Of a stretch of DNA of 64,000 nt, positions 23,804 to 35,780 are shown in pieces. The notes below the pieces were generated by a model that was not told the origin of the DNA, made no database searches, and saw nothing but the letters and a program-made list of their open reading frames with translations. How positions within the stretch are numbered: the stretch's first letter is position 1; every line of letters starts with the position of its first letter. The stretch comes from Cyanophora paradoxa CCMP329 (Eukaryota > Plantae > Glaucophyta). The position numbers were made by a program, and so were the translations under genes. The stretch spans positions 62,001 to 126,000 of the forward strand of contig QPMI01000637.1 in NCBI GenBank assembly GCA_004431415.1. Direction: 5' to 3'.

Positions 23804-26800
23804 TCAGAGGAACGCGCGGATGCGCGAGGCGATGGGGGCGCGGCACTCTGCCAAGTCCGAGATTAGTTCGGGGCCAGCGCGGAGGGCGGCTTCCTCCGGG
23901 GCCGCAGCGCACCGGGGCACGTCTCGACCTTCTCCGCGCACTCCTCGCAGAGGCGCGCGTGCCCGCACGGCTGCGGCGCGCGGCGTGAGGCGCCCCTCGG
24001 CATCGAGCGCGCAGCTCGCAATCCGATCCGACCTGGAGGACGACGCGGACGGGCCGCTCGAGGCAGACGGCGCAGGAGGGCGGGGCCGGGCTCGCGCCGG
24101 CGGCGGCCTCGCGGCGGTGGGCGGCCGCGGCGGCGTCCCCGACGCGGCGGAGGCTGTCCAGGAGGCGCTGCTGGAGGGCGTCCAGGTCGGCGGCCGGGAG
24201 CTCCCGCAGCCGCCCCTCGTCCACCTCGATGCTCCCCGCCAGCCGTTGCTGCAGCGCCCCCGCCTGCGCCCCCGCCCGCCTCCCGTTCGACCGAGCGCGG
24301 GGCGCCGGCGCCGGCGCGCTCGCTCGCTCGCCTGGGCGGCGCGGCCTCGGCGGCGGCGAGGCGGACGCGGAGCTGGGAGGCGCGGCGCTCGCTCTCGCAG
24401 AGCTGCTCGGCGAGGGCGTGGCGCTCGGCCTCGGCGCGCTGGAGGCGCTCCCGGAGCCGACCGGCCTCGGCCTCCGCCGTGCACGCCCGCCGCACAGCGT
24501 CGTCCCGCGCCTCCCCGCCGCCTCCACCTCCGCCCGCTGCGCCCCGGCTCGCCCCGCGACGCCCCGGGCGCGGCGCCCGAGCGCGCCCGCCCTCGCGCAC
24601 CATGCGCTGCAGCTCCGACGCGCTGCCCTTCAGCGCCGCCCTGCGGCCCCGCCCCTCAGTGGCGCGAAGCTGGGAGGAAGGCGGAGAAAGGGGCACCGCT
24701 CAGAGTCGACTGCGGTGACGTAGCCGGCCAAGTGGGCCGCGCAGGAGTGGATCCAGGAGACGACCGCATCGGCCCTGGGTTACCCGAGAGCTCAGTGCGC
24801 GGAGTGGGGAACACGCTCCGAACAAGAGCGCACGAGGCCTCCGAGGGGGCGGCAGGGTACGATGGCCAGTGCATCCAGGGGGCTACCGGGACCACCGCGA
24901 CGGGTACCGCGACGGGCACGGGTGGCGGGGGCGGCGGCCCCGGCATCTCCGCGTACCCGTCCTCCGCTGACAAAGCCTCGCCGGGGTACACCGGAGCGGG
25001 CGCGTACGCAGGGGCGCCCCAGGGATCCCCCAATACATCCTCGGCTTCCGGCCACAGCTCGTACCCCGGCGGTCCCTAGCCGTCCTTTCAGGGCGACTGG
25101 GGTCCAGATCGAGGGGCGCGCACCGTCTTTAGCGGGGCCAGGCCCGGGGGCGGGGCGCCGCCCCCAGCCTCCACGAACTGCGGAGCGAGAGCGCGTGAGG
25201 CGGGCCGCAGAGCGGGTGCAGGGCGGGAGGGCGGGCGGGGCACGGCGTTGTGGAGGAGGGCGAAGGAGGGGAAGGGCTCGCGCGCGGCGTCGGAGGCCGC
25301 CGGGTCCGACGGGTCCACGAACGCCACCGCCGCCCCGCACGCCTGCCGCCCCGCCTCAGCCGCGCCTGCCGGGCGAGGGCGGGGGCGGCGCTCGCCCAGA
25401 CGGCGTTGCCCTCGGCGCGGCCCGAGCAGGGTGCACGAGGCGGATCCCGGTCCCGCACGAGCGCACGTGGCAGCCGACGATCTGGCGCGCGGCGGCCGGT
25501 GAGCGGCGCGCCGTCGCTCCGCCGGGCGGCCCGTGGGGCCGCGGGGCACCTCGGCGCTGCAGCCCTCGTGCTCGCCGGCGGAGACGCCGCTCCCGCAGCC
25601 GCCGATCTCGCACGCCTCCACGCGCAGCGCGCCCCGCGGGCTGCCCCCCGCCTCAGCGCCCCGCCCCAGGCCGCACGAGGAGCGATGCGCGCGCCTCATG
25701 AACGTGACGCCATTGTACGGCCCGCAGCCTCTGATAAGGCAGCGGAGGATCTGCGGAGGGTGCGGGGCTCAGGGGCCGGGCGGAGGGGCGGGGTACGCCC
25801 CCCGCACCGTGAGGCGGGAGCAGGAGGAGGCCTCACTCGCGAAGAGCTGCCGGGCGCGCTCGGTACCCCTCACAACGCCGAGCAGGGGTACAGGGCGAAG
25901 CGCACCCCAAAGTCGCCGGCCCCGTCCACCAGAAGGTTCTCCGCCGTCCACTCGCTCCCCGTCCCCTGCACCGCCAGGCCGGGGGCGGTGATCAGCGGAA
26001 GCGGGGTAAAAAGGGGCGAGGCGCGTCGCACCATGAACTGGGTACAGCCCACGAGGTGGAGGTTGCGGAGCGTCACGCGGGCCCCGTCGCCCTGCGGGGG
26101 GTACGGCTCCACGGGGGCGCGCTGCGCGGGACGTGGGCGGGGCGAGGGGTACCCTGACGCAGAGGAGCTCGGAGCTGCCGGGGCGGGGCGCGCGGAGGAG
26201 GGCGCGGCCCTCGCCTGCGATCGTCAGCTCCCGCCCCGACACGTCGATCTCGAGCGTGCGCTGCCCTCAGGAATCAGATCTGTTGGGAAGAGGCGCGGAG
26301 GGGGTACGCGCGTACGTCGCAGGGGTATTCTCCCTGGAGCACTCGCATCGAGACGCGCCCCGCGCCGGCGGAAGAGGCGGCGGCCCACGCCTCGGTGATG
26401 TTCCGGTACCTGCACCGGCGTTCCTCGGATTCGAACTCGAGTGCTCGAGTTCGAGTCTTCGGGTGCGGACCGTCCGGGGCCCCCGCGGGGGTCGACGACG
26501 TACTCCTCCAGCCGCGGCTCGTGGTCGGGGGGTACAGCGGCGCCCGGGTCTTCCGACCCGGAGGCCGGCTCCTGGAGCCGTGGCGGGCGGGCGGGGGTCG
26601 GGAAGGACTGCGGGGGGTACCGTGGGCGCCGGCGCGGGGGCGAGGGCGGGGCAGAGGAATACCGCACCGAAGAGGTCCGAAGGGAGCGAGAGGAGGAAGA
26701 GGAGGAGGAAGACGAGGGTGGCGCCGGCGCGGGGGGTACGGGCGCCGAAGAGGCGCTCTGAATCGGTGGAGGCGAAAGGGGCCGGAGGGAGCGCGGGAAC

Positions 26801-28191
26801 TCGTAGCCGGTTGGGTCCAGGCGCAGCGCCGAAGTTGGTGGGGAGGAGACCGTGGAGGGGCCGCCTTCGGAGGGGGGTACGGGCCCCGGGAAGCGGGAGC
26901 GCGACGGGGTTCTGGGGGCGGCCTGCGCGCGCGCGTCCCTCTTCCCGGCCGCTGAGCGCCGCGCTGGAGAGGGCCCGGCGCGTACCGGCTCGACCAGGAA
27001 GTCGGGGAAGGGGCCGCAGGACGCGCCGGCGCGGGCGTCCGCCGCCGACGCGTAGAACGAGACCGCCGCGCCCCCGCCGCCGCCCCCGGCGCCTGCGCTC
27101 CCAACGCTTGGAGGGAGGGGGGCCGGGGCGGGGGGCGGCGGGCAGCGGCGGACCCTCGAGGGCGACGCCCGAAGCGCGCCCGGCGCAGGGGCGGACCAGC
27201 GCGACGCCGGCCCCGCACCCTACCACGCGGCACCCGGCCACCTGCGCGCTCGCCTCGGGCGCCGCATCGAGCGCCGGGCCAAGGCGGGCGGGGCACCTCG
27301 GCGCGGCAGCCGTCGAATTCGCCGGCGAGGACGGCGGGGCCCCCGCACTCTGAAAACTCGCAGAGCTCCACCCGCAGCGAGCCGGCCGGGGCCTTGAAGC
27401 GCACCTGGCGGGGCCGGCCTCGCCGAGGGGCGGCGCGGGCGGGGCGGGGCGGGGGCGCACGGCGTTCTGGCCGGGCCCGCAGTTGCGGACGCGGCTGCCG
27501 ACGAGGGAGAGGCGGGAGCGGGCGCACTCCTCCCCCACCGCGAAGAACTGCGGCCCCCGCCCGTGAGGCCCCGGGCCGGCGGGGCCGCCCCAGGCGGAGG
27601 GCGCTCGGGGCCCGGGGCTCGCACCCCGAACTCCCCCGCCCCGTCCACGTCGCAGCGCTCGACCGTCCATTCGCAATCCCGCCCCTGCGGGGTACGTGAT
27701 TATCCCTGGGGGGGGGAGGGGGCGGGAGGCGGGGGAAGAGACGGACCCCGAGGTACGTGCAGCCGACGAGGTGGAGGTCGCGCAGCGTGACGCGGGCGCC
27801 GTCCCCCTGCGCCCGGGAGTCGGAGGGGTACACGGAATCATTCGGGGGTACGAGCGCGCCTTGAAGTAGAAAAGGTTGGTGCCCGCGGGGGAGCCGGCGC
27901 GCGGGCTGCAGAGGAGGGCGCGGCCCTCGCCCTCGACCGCCGCGGCGATTGTCAGCTCGCGCCCCGTGACGTCGATCTCGAGCGCGTCCTGCGACGTGTA
28001 CTCACCCTCGCGCACGCGGATGAGCACCTGCGGGGATCAGGAATTGAGCTGCAGAGACTCGGTCGCCGGCCGCGCGCCGCGCGCCGCGTTCGGCGCACCC
28101 GTCGGGAGGCTCCCAGCAAGGCAGCGGCCCACGCCGCATCGATCCGCGGGAACGCGCCCTCACCGACGACGTACGTCGCGACATCCGACAT
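23804..28191 (-). CDS. Putative E3 ligase: two tandem right-handed beta-helix-like domains, Pro-rich linker, coiled coil, C-terminal C3HC4 RING
   Basis: Paralogous halves (GEY..ALEIDV[T/S]GRELTI..GEGRALL..GDGARVTLR[D/N]LHLVGCT..LRVE.CE...CG). A phase-0 intron joins LAPLKT to GPPGYELW, leading to CAVCLERPVRVVLQPCGHARLCEECAEKVETCPECRAPI. Confidence 0.7.
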
Positions 28192-28740
28192 CCGCTTTGA
28201 GCGCTCGACTGCTGCCGCTACGCTTGAAAGCCGCTACGTCTGAAAGCCGCTTGAACGCTTGAAAGCGCCGATGGAAACGGCACGGCGCGGCACACCGGGC
28301 CTGCCGCTGGGAAGAACTTCGGGAACGCGACGGTTACCAAGGCACCTCGGCTGAACGCTAGCAAGCTCAGCTGAAGGAAGCAAGAGGCTGCAATCATTAG
28401 CACTCCATTCTACCACGGGTCGATGCTGCTTTCGAAAGCCAGCGCTGACTAGGTGCAAGCCGCCGGAGGCAGCAGCCAGCCACGGTGCAGAGCTGCCGGT
28501 GCTTGCTAAGCTACGTACGCGTCTGGACTTGCCCGGGACGCGCGGCTAAGCCGTGGCTCCAAGGGAGCGTATCCCCCACCTCGTCTTGTATCCCCCATCC
28601 TCGAGCTCTCTTCCGGCCCGCGCCGCAACCGGCCCCGGTTTCCGGGGCGCTTGCCCAACGTCATCATGTGGCGAGAGTACTAGCAGAACTTCAGGGCGTA
28701 GGCCCACCTCGCTCGCACACGCCGGCCCTTCAGCAACATC

Positions 28741-31700
28741 ATGGGGAAGGAGGGAGCCAAGGGGACGCCAGGATTCGGGCCGCCTTCAAATCTTCTTTAC
28801 AACTCGTGCGCGCCCGGGCGCGCTCCCCCCTCCCCCCGCACGCGATTGACCTCGTGGCCCGCGCGATTGCAGGCAGTACTTGCATGGTAGGACGCACCCC
28901 TCGTCGATCCCATACAATATCAACCTTCGTATGTCCACTGGGCTCAAGGTCCGCCCCCAACTGTATGCTGCCCCGTTGCTGTCGGGAGTTGGTCACGCAT
29001 CTCGCCCCCCCCGCAGGCCCTGTACGACGGAATCAAGAGCACAACAGCTCACCCTACTCCGCGTCGAGCTCACGCTGGTGCCCCTGACGCGACGCGTCTG
29101 AAGGGACGCTTTGCTCACCCCGAAGGTCCCTTCGCAGGCCAAAGCCGCACGACGCAGGACGGGACAGTCAGCAGCTTTGATGGACTGCCTTTTCTTGCTT
29201 CCCGCTACAAATACGTGAAGGATATCGCCCGGGGGACGTACTCACAGGTCCGCACTCTAATCTCAATCTCCCGCACGCGTCATCACTAGCGCTGCTGTGT
29301 CTGACTTCCCTGCAGGTTATTCTATGCCAGGACACGTTCTCTCCTGTGCAGCGTTGCGTGGCAATAAAGGTGACCAACGCGCACTACCGCTACATCGGCG
29401 TCCAGGTCCGATCCGTTTTCCGAGTTCCTTGCCTGCCAACGGGCTGACTTCGCTTCCGCGCGCTCTTCTTTTCGCGTTTTGTGATTGCGCAGGAGACGTG
29501 CAGACTGCGCGGGCTCAACAGGAAGGACCCGAAGAACAAATCTCATGGTGCGTGGCCTCGCCTTCCTGTTCTCCGAACTGCAAAGCCCCTTACTTCTCGT
29601 TTCTGGATCAGTCATTCGGCTACTGGGAACGTTCACGCTGTGGAACGTCCATTACTGTCTTGTTCTTGAACTGTTCCAGTCGTCGCTTCTCTCTGCGGGC
29701 TCGCTACAGACCCCGCGTGCAAACGTGATGACCAAGATGCGCCCGGTTCGTCCAAATGGAGTTCTTCGGCGGCCACATAAAACCCCCCCGCTCCTCGACT
29801 TTCCTGCGCCGACCCGTGCCTGCGCAGATCGTGAACCAGCTGCTGGGGTGCCTCATGTTTCTCAACGGCGAGCGCATCATTCACGCGGACCTGAAGCCGG
29901 AGAACGTGCGCCGCGCACCCCCCCGGCCACCTCCGAACAGAGCACGCGTCTGACCGTCGCGACTTCGCAGGTCCTCCTCGGGGACACGCCTCCGACGCCC
30001 TACCAGGGCTTCAAGGATGGCGAGAAGGGTCGGCTCTTTCTCCTACGCGCGTCTTTTGGGCTGCCCCCTGAAGGCGTCATTGCGCAGAGAGGGGCCTGAC
30101 GCTGAAGATCGCGGACTTTGGCAACGCGATGGAGATCACAGACGCGAGCGCCTATTACGACGACTTCGAGGTGCAGAGTCTGTACTACCGGGCGCCTGAG
30201 GTGCTGCTGGGGATGCCGTTCGGCCCCTCCATCGACATGTGGTCCCTCGGCTGCATCCTTGCCGAGCTCTACCAGGGTCCGACCTCGCCGCGCCGCGCCG
30301 CGCCGCCCCGGCCATCTGATTCGATGCCGGCGCTCGCAGGGCGGCCGCTCTTCAAGGCGGAGGGCCGGCGGCAGCTCTTCTGCCAGATGACGACGATCCT
30401 GGGCCCGATCCCGCGGCAGGCGTTCCAGACCGGCAAGTACTACAGCCTCTACTACAACAAGGAGCACAAGCCCATCGACCCGGACCTGTGCCGCTCGCCC
30501 GGTGGCGTGCCGCTGGCGCCGGGGGGCACCTCGGCCCTCAACCCGCGCGTCGGCCTCTCCTGGCTCCTCCAGACGAAGGACTCGGTCTTCATCGACTTCC
30601 TCGCCGGCTGCCTGACGTGCGCCCCGCCCCCGCCGCATCCCGTCCCCTCCCTCGGCTGCCTGCTCACGGTTGCGCGCGCGCTTGCAGGTACGACCCGTCG
30701 AGCCGGATGACGCCGCAGCAGGCGCTCCAGCACCCGTTCTGCTCGGGCGGGATGGTGCCGGCGACGGTGACGCTCGTGAAGATGCCGGCGCCGCGGCCGC
30801 CGCCAGCCCCGCTGGTCCCCGTCCCGCGCCACGGCGAGCTCCTCGCGCCCGTCGCCGCCCGCGCCGGCACCCTCCCCGCCTTCCCCCCGCCCCTCGCCCC
30901 CGCGGCGGCGGCGGCGGTCGCGGCGGCGGTCGCGGCGGGGGCGGGCGTGCCCAGGCACCGCTCACCGTCGCCGGTGAGCACTGCCGCATCGACGCCCGCC
31001 TCGACGGCGCCCTCCTCGGCCGCCTCATCCGCTGCCGTCCCCGCCGTCGTCCCGCCGCCCCAGGGCCCGCACAGGCGGCCGCCGCCGTCGCCGCCGCCGC
31101 CGTCGTTGCCGCCCACTCCGCCTCGGCCGATCCCGGCGCCCCGGGCACCGCTGCGGCCGCCGCGGCCGCCGCTGCTGCCGCTGCCGTGTCGCAGCGCCTG
31201 GCGGTGCGGGAACGCCCTCCGCGCCCCCCGCAGAATGTGGCCTCACGCTACCATCGCAGGGCACCGTGGCCGACCCCACCCTGCTCGCTGCCGCCGCGGC
31301 TGCAGCCGCGGCGGCCGCCGCCGGTGTGCCCCTCAACGCCACCAACCCGCAGTTCGTCGCGGCGGCGGCGGCCGTAGCCGCTGCGGCCGCCGCCGCCGCC
31401 GCGGACCTCCCCCCCGGCGTCGCGGCGGCCAGCAACAGCCTCTACGCGCACCCGAGCCTGGTCGTGCCCCCGCGGCAGCGCACCGTCTCGCGCTGGGGCG
31501 TGGCACCCCCCGAGCAGCAGCAGCAGCAGGTGCAGCAGCAGCAGCAGGCTGTAGCGGCCGCCGCGGCCGCCGCCCTGGCCGCCGCCGGGGACGTTTCGGA
31601 GAACCACAAACGAAAGCGCTCCAACGAGGGCGCCACGGGCGCGGCGGCGGCGGCCGCCGCCGCCGCTGCGATGGGCGCCGGTGGGGCGCAGCAGCTGCCG

Positions 31701-32219
31701 GCGTCGGACCCGTCGTCGCCGTCGGAGGGGCAGAGCTCGGGGTCGCGGCGGGGGAGCAGCACGGTGAGCCTCACGGGCCTCTCCATCGAGAGCGGGGTCA
31801 CCGAGGGCCCGCCCTCGGCCCTCGACTCGCCCCGCTCCACCGACTCGGAGGACGCCCGCCGCCGCGCCCACCCCGCCCCCGCCGCTCGCCAGCAGCCGCA
31901 CCCGCCGCCCTCGGCGGGGCCCTCCTCGCACGGGCAGGCCCCCGCCGCGGCGCGGCACCACCGGCCGGCCTCGCAGGGCGCCTTCGTGCCCGCCCTCGTC
32001 GTCGCCTCGGTGCCGCAGCAGCAGCAGGCCGCCGTCGCGGCGGCGGCGGCGGCGGCCGCTGCGGCGGCGGCGGCGGCCTTCCCGGCGCGGTGCGCGCCGG
32101 CCGCCGGGGTGCGGTACTGGGGCCCCGGGGCGGTGCCGGGGATGGACGCGGCCCTCTACGGGCCGGTCATACGCGAGATCGGGGTCGTCCCCGCCGACCC
32201 CTGGGCCACCACCCTCTGA
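28741..32219 (+). CDS. CMGC kinase of the DYRK/HIPK group with long Ala/Pro/Gln-rich tail (start approximate)
   Basis: RYKYVKDIARGTYSQV, VAIK, HYCLVLEL, IIHADLKPEN, KIADFGNA, VQSLYYRAPEVLLGMPFGPSIDMWSLGCILAEL, YDPSSRMTPQQALQHPF. Confidence 0.88.
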
Positions 32220-33118
32220 CAGCCCGGCCCCCGAACCACCACCCAGTTTAATTAGGACGGCACCCCCTCTCCCTCCTCAATCCCAGGCCCCGTCCCCACC
32301 GGATCCCTGTTGCCCGGATCCCGTTTCTCGCAGCGTTTGCAGACTGCTGCGTGTAGCACAGTTCAATGCTTCTCAGAGCCGAAAGCGGCTGCTTCGAACG
32401 TGCCGACACTTCAGTTTCCGTCGCTCTTCTTAGTTTCAGTGTAGATAGACGGGTTTACTGTGCATTTTTCGGGGCAGGATTGGGTGACGTGTCTGACTGC
32501 AGTTGCTTTAGACTTGATACAGTAGGATACTAGCCTGTCGCCCTTCCTTCTGTACTTTCCCATTCAGACATCCGATCCGCGCGGTCTTCTCCTTTAATTT
32601 GCTCCAGGCTGCGTTTTGCTTAAGCTTCCTCTTGCTTGTGTCCAGTCTCTCCTTTGCAAGGACAGTTCTATTGTAACTTCTTCGAATTCCAATTCGGTTC
32701 CTCTTGCAATTCTGCGAGCACGAGCTCCTGTGCCTGCGCCAGCGCTAGCTAGTGGGGCTGCTCATGCGCGATCGATCGGTCACGATCGGCGCCAGCGCGC
32801 GGCCCCGGCTGCACGCTGTAGCACCTCGGCGCCAGCGCTGAGGGCGCATGCAGCTGGGCGAGCATGATCATGATCGCGAGCGCCTGCGATGCGCGCGCGG
32901 CCTGCGCATGCAGCCTGTGCGCGGAGTCGACGTCAAGCTTGAAAGGATCAAATTGCAATCATCGTACTGTACCCGGGACTGACGCACTTGTGTCCCCGCG
33001 GCACTCTGACAGCCCGGCGCAGCTATTACGCTAGCTAGCGCAGCACGATATCTGTCCGACGCAGCGCAGCACACAGACCATATCCGGCGAGAGCCGTGCG
33101 TTTCGACTCGGCGAGCGT

Positions 33119-35780
33119 ATGACACGCGGATCGAGCACAGCATACGATCAAAGAATCGAGCACATCGAGTCGGGCGCGACTTGGATGCAAATGGCCGCAG
33201 CGCCGTCGAGTTCGAGCGAGGCGTGGCAAGCGGCCAGCCCGCTAGCCTCTAGATGCCCAGCAAAGGTGCTCGAGAAGATCGCCGCGGACTCGGTCGTGTG
33301 GTCCGCCGCGCACGGGCTTCTTATGGCGGCCAAGAACACTGGCACCCTCGCCCCCGTCCCGTACTCCCTGCTGCCGTCCCCTGTGCCTCGAGCGCTTTAC
33401 GATGAGATCGTCGCTCTTTCGCCGGCTTTCTCCGAGCTGGTGCTGCGGCTGGGCCGCGACCCTGACTTCCTCTTCCAGTCCCTCGAGGGGTCCGACCGCA
33501 GCCGATCGCAGCGCTCTCCGAACCTGACGCCGCCCCCTGCGGCAGGATCGAGGAGGGCGACGACTTCACGCAACGCCTCCTGTCGCTCTACAGGACAGTG
33601 CAGTCAGAGGGACTGCGCCAGGCGAGACCTCCCGGCGCTGCAGCTGCGCCGGCCGCGGCCTCCCTCCTGATCGTTTTATCGCAGCGCATCCAGCTGCTCA
33701 TTACGCGCTCCGACTATATGATGCACTGGGACGGGCAATCCGACAACATGCAGATGAAGCAGGCGCGGCGCTCGCAGCGCGCGTACTCGGCCTCGCTGAC
33801 CCCGCGCCGTACCCCAGGTCGAACTAAACACGATCGCCGCCGCGGCGGGAATGATCAGCGAGGTTGCATGCCGACTCCACCGGTACCCCCTCCCCCGGCG
33901 ATGTCGTGCCCCGCGCGCTCCGTAACGGCCGGTACCCCGGACCCCAGTTGGATCGTGGAGCGGTTCGCCCCGCCGGGGTACGACCTCTCGAGGATGCCCA
34001 GGCGAGCCGGATCGACGCCCCGCCCCTGCCGCCCGCCGGCGCCCCTGAGGGGGCCGGCCCCGCAGGAACGAGACGAGCGTGCAGATCCCGGCCGCGATGG
34101 CGAAGGCCGTCGCCCTGTACCGCGACTCCCGGCCCCCCGCGGCCCCCCACCGGCCCCTGGCCGTGCTCATGGTCGTCCAGTGTCCGCACCCCCCCCCCCC
34201 ACCGCGTGCCCCGTCCCGTCGCGGGCTCCGAGTGTACCCCCGCAGCCGGGGAGTGGAACATCTTCGACCAGAAGCACACGGAGTACCATCTCTTCGAGCA
34301 ATATCCTTCCCCCCGGCCCCGCACGCCGCCTCTGAAACCCTTATTTCATCCCGCTTCTCTTTGACGTACCCCCACGCACCGGGTGCCGATGATAAGGCGT
34401 ACCCTGGCCGAGATCGCGGACCTGCACAGGACCGACCCCGACTCCGGAGCGCTCCTCTTGTGCGTGGGCCCGCTTTTCCGCTCCGCGCCCGTATCCCCCT
34501 CATGGTGCATCCGTACCCCCAGCGACGAGGCGGGAGTGGAGACGGAGATCGCGCTGGTGTACTACCGCGCGGGGTACACGCCCACAGGTGCCCCGCGTGC
34601 CCCAGCTGTCGCGCGGAGCTTGCGCGCGGCGCCTCGGGGGGAGGCGAGCGGCTTCGGGGCAGACTATCCGACGGAGAAGGAGTGGGCGGCGCGGCTGCTG
34701 GTGGAGCGCTCGGCTGCCGTCAAGTGCCCCTCCCTCGCCCACCACCTCCTCGGCACCAAGAAGGCGCGCCGGCCCGGGGCGGGGCGAGGGCCGCCGCGGG
34801 AGGCGCCGGCGCTGAGGGGCCGCGCAGGTGCAGCAGGTCCTCGCGCTCCCCGGCGTCCTCGAGCGGTGCGGGCGCCCCGGCCCGCCCCTGCCCCCGCGCC
34901 GCTGCCGCCCTCCCCCCCGGCCGCTCGCGGCGGCGACCGCCTCGCGCAGCTACGTGGAGGGGCCGCTGGCGGGGCGCCTGAGGCGGAGCTTCGCCGGCCT
35001 CTACGGCCTCCGCCCCGACGAGCTCCGCGCCGGTGCCCGCCCCCGCCCCCCGCCCTCGCGTCGAGTGCGGGGCGCGCTAAGCGTTCCCTTCCGCCCCGTC
35101 TCGAAGGCCCCTCGGCGGCGGCGGCAGCAGCAGCAGCAGCGCGGCCAGAGGACTTCGTGCTGAAGCCGCAGCGCGAGGGCGGCGGCAACAACCTCTTCGG
35201 GGAGGACCTGAGGAGGGTGCGCGCCCTGGCCTGAAGGCGGGGCGCTGCGGACGGCTAGGCCCGCGGGCATACGCATGGCGCGGGCTGAGGCGCTGGGGGC
35301 AGGCGCTGGCGGGGGGCATGGCGCCGGACCAGCTCGCCGCCCACATCCTCATGGATCGGTTTGCCCCTTCTTTTACGCTCTCTCTCTTTCCCCCGCCCAC
35401 GCCGGCCCCCGCCCCCGCAGCATCCGGGGGCCCTCCCTGCAGTCCTGGGTCCTGAAGGTGCCGGCCGGCCCAAGAGGGGGCTGTGCGGCCCCTCGCTCCC
35501 CGCTGAACGCGGGGCGGGGCGGGGCGGGCAGGACGGGAGGCCGGCGGCGGAGGAGATCGTGTGGGAGCTCGGCATCTACGGCGCCGCCGTCGCGTGCGCC
35601 CCGTCCCTCTCCCCCGCCTCTTCCTCGTCCCCGGGCCGACGGGGCGGGCGCAGGGACGGGAGCGGGGCGACGGTGCACAACCGGGCGGCCGGCCACCTCC
35701 TCCGCTCCCGCCTCGTCCGCTACAACGAGACGGGGCTCTCCTCGGGCTACGGCGTCCTCGACTCCCCGTACCTCTGCTAG
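33119..35780 (+). CDS. GSS: Eukaryotic-type glutathione synthetase (start may instead be 33185 or 33191)
   Basis: [96 protein letters not shown]. Confidence 0.93.
34301..34375 (+). other. U12-type (minor spliceosome) AT-AC intron, 75 nt
   Basis: 5' ATATCCTT; branch-like TCTTTGAC at 34358-34365 with the A 11 nt from the end; 3' CAC. Removal restores [17 protein letters not shown] in frame. Confidence 0.88.
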
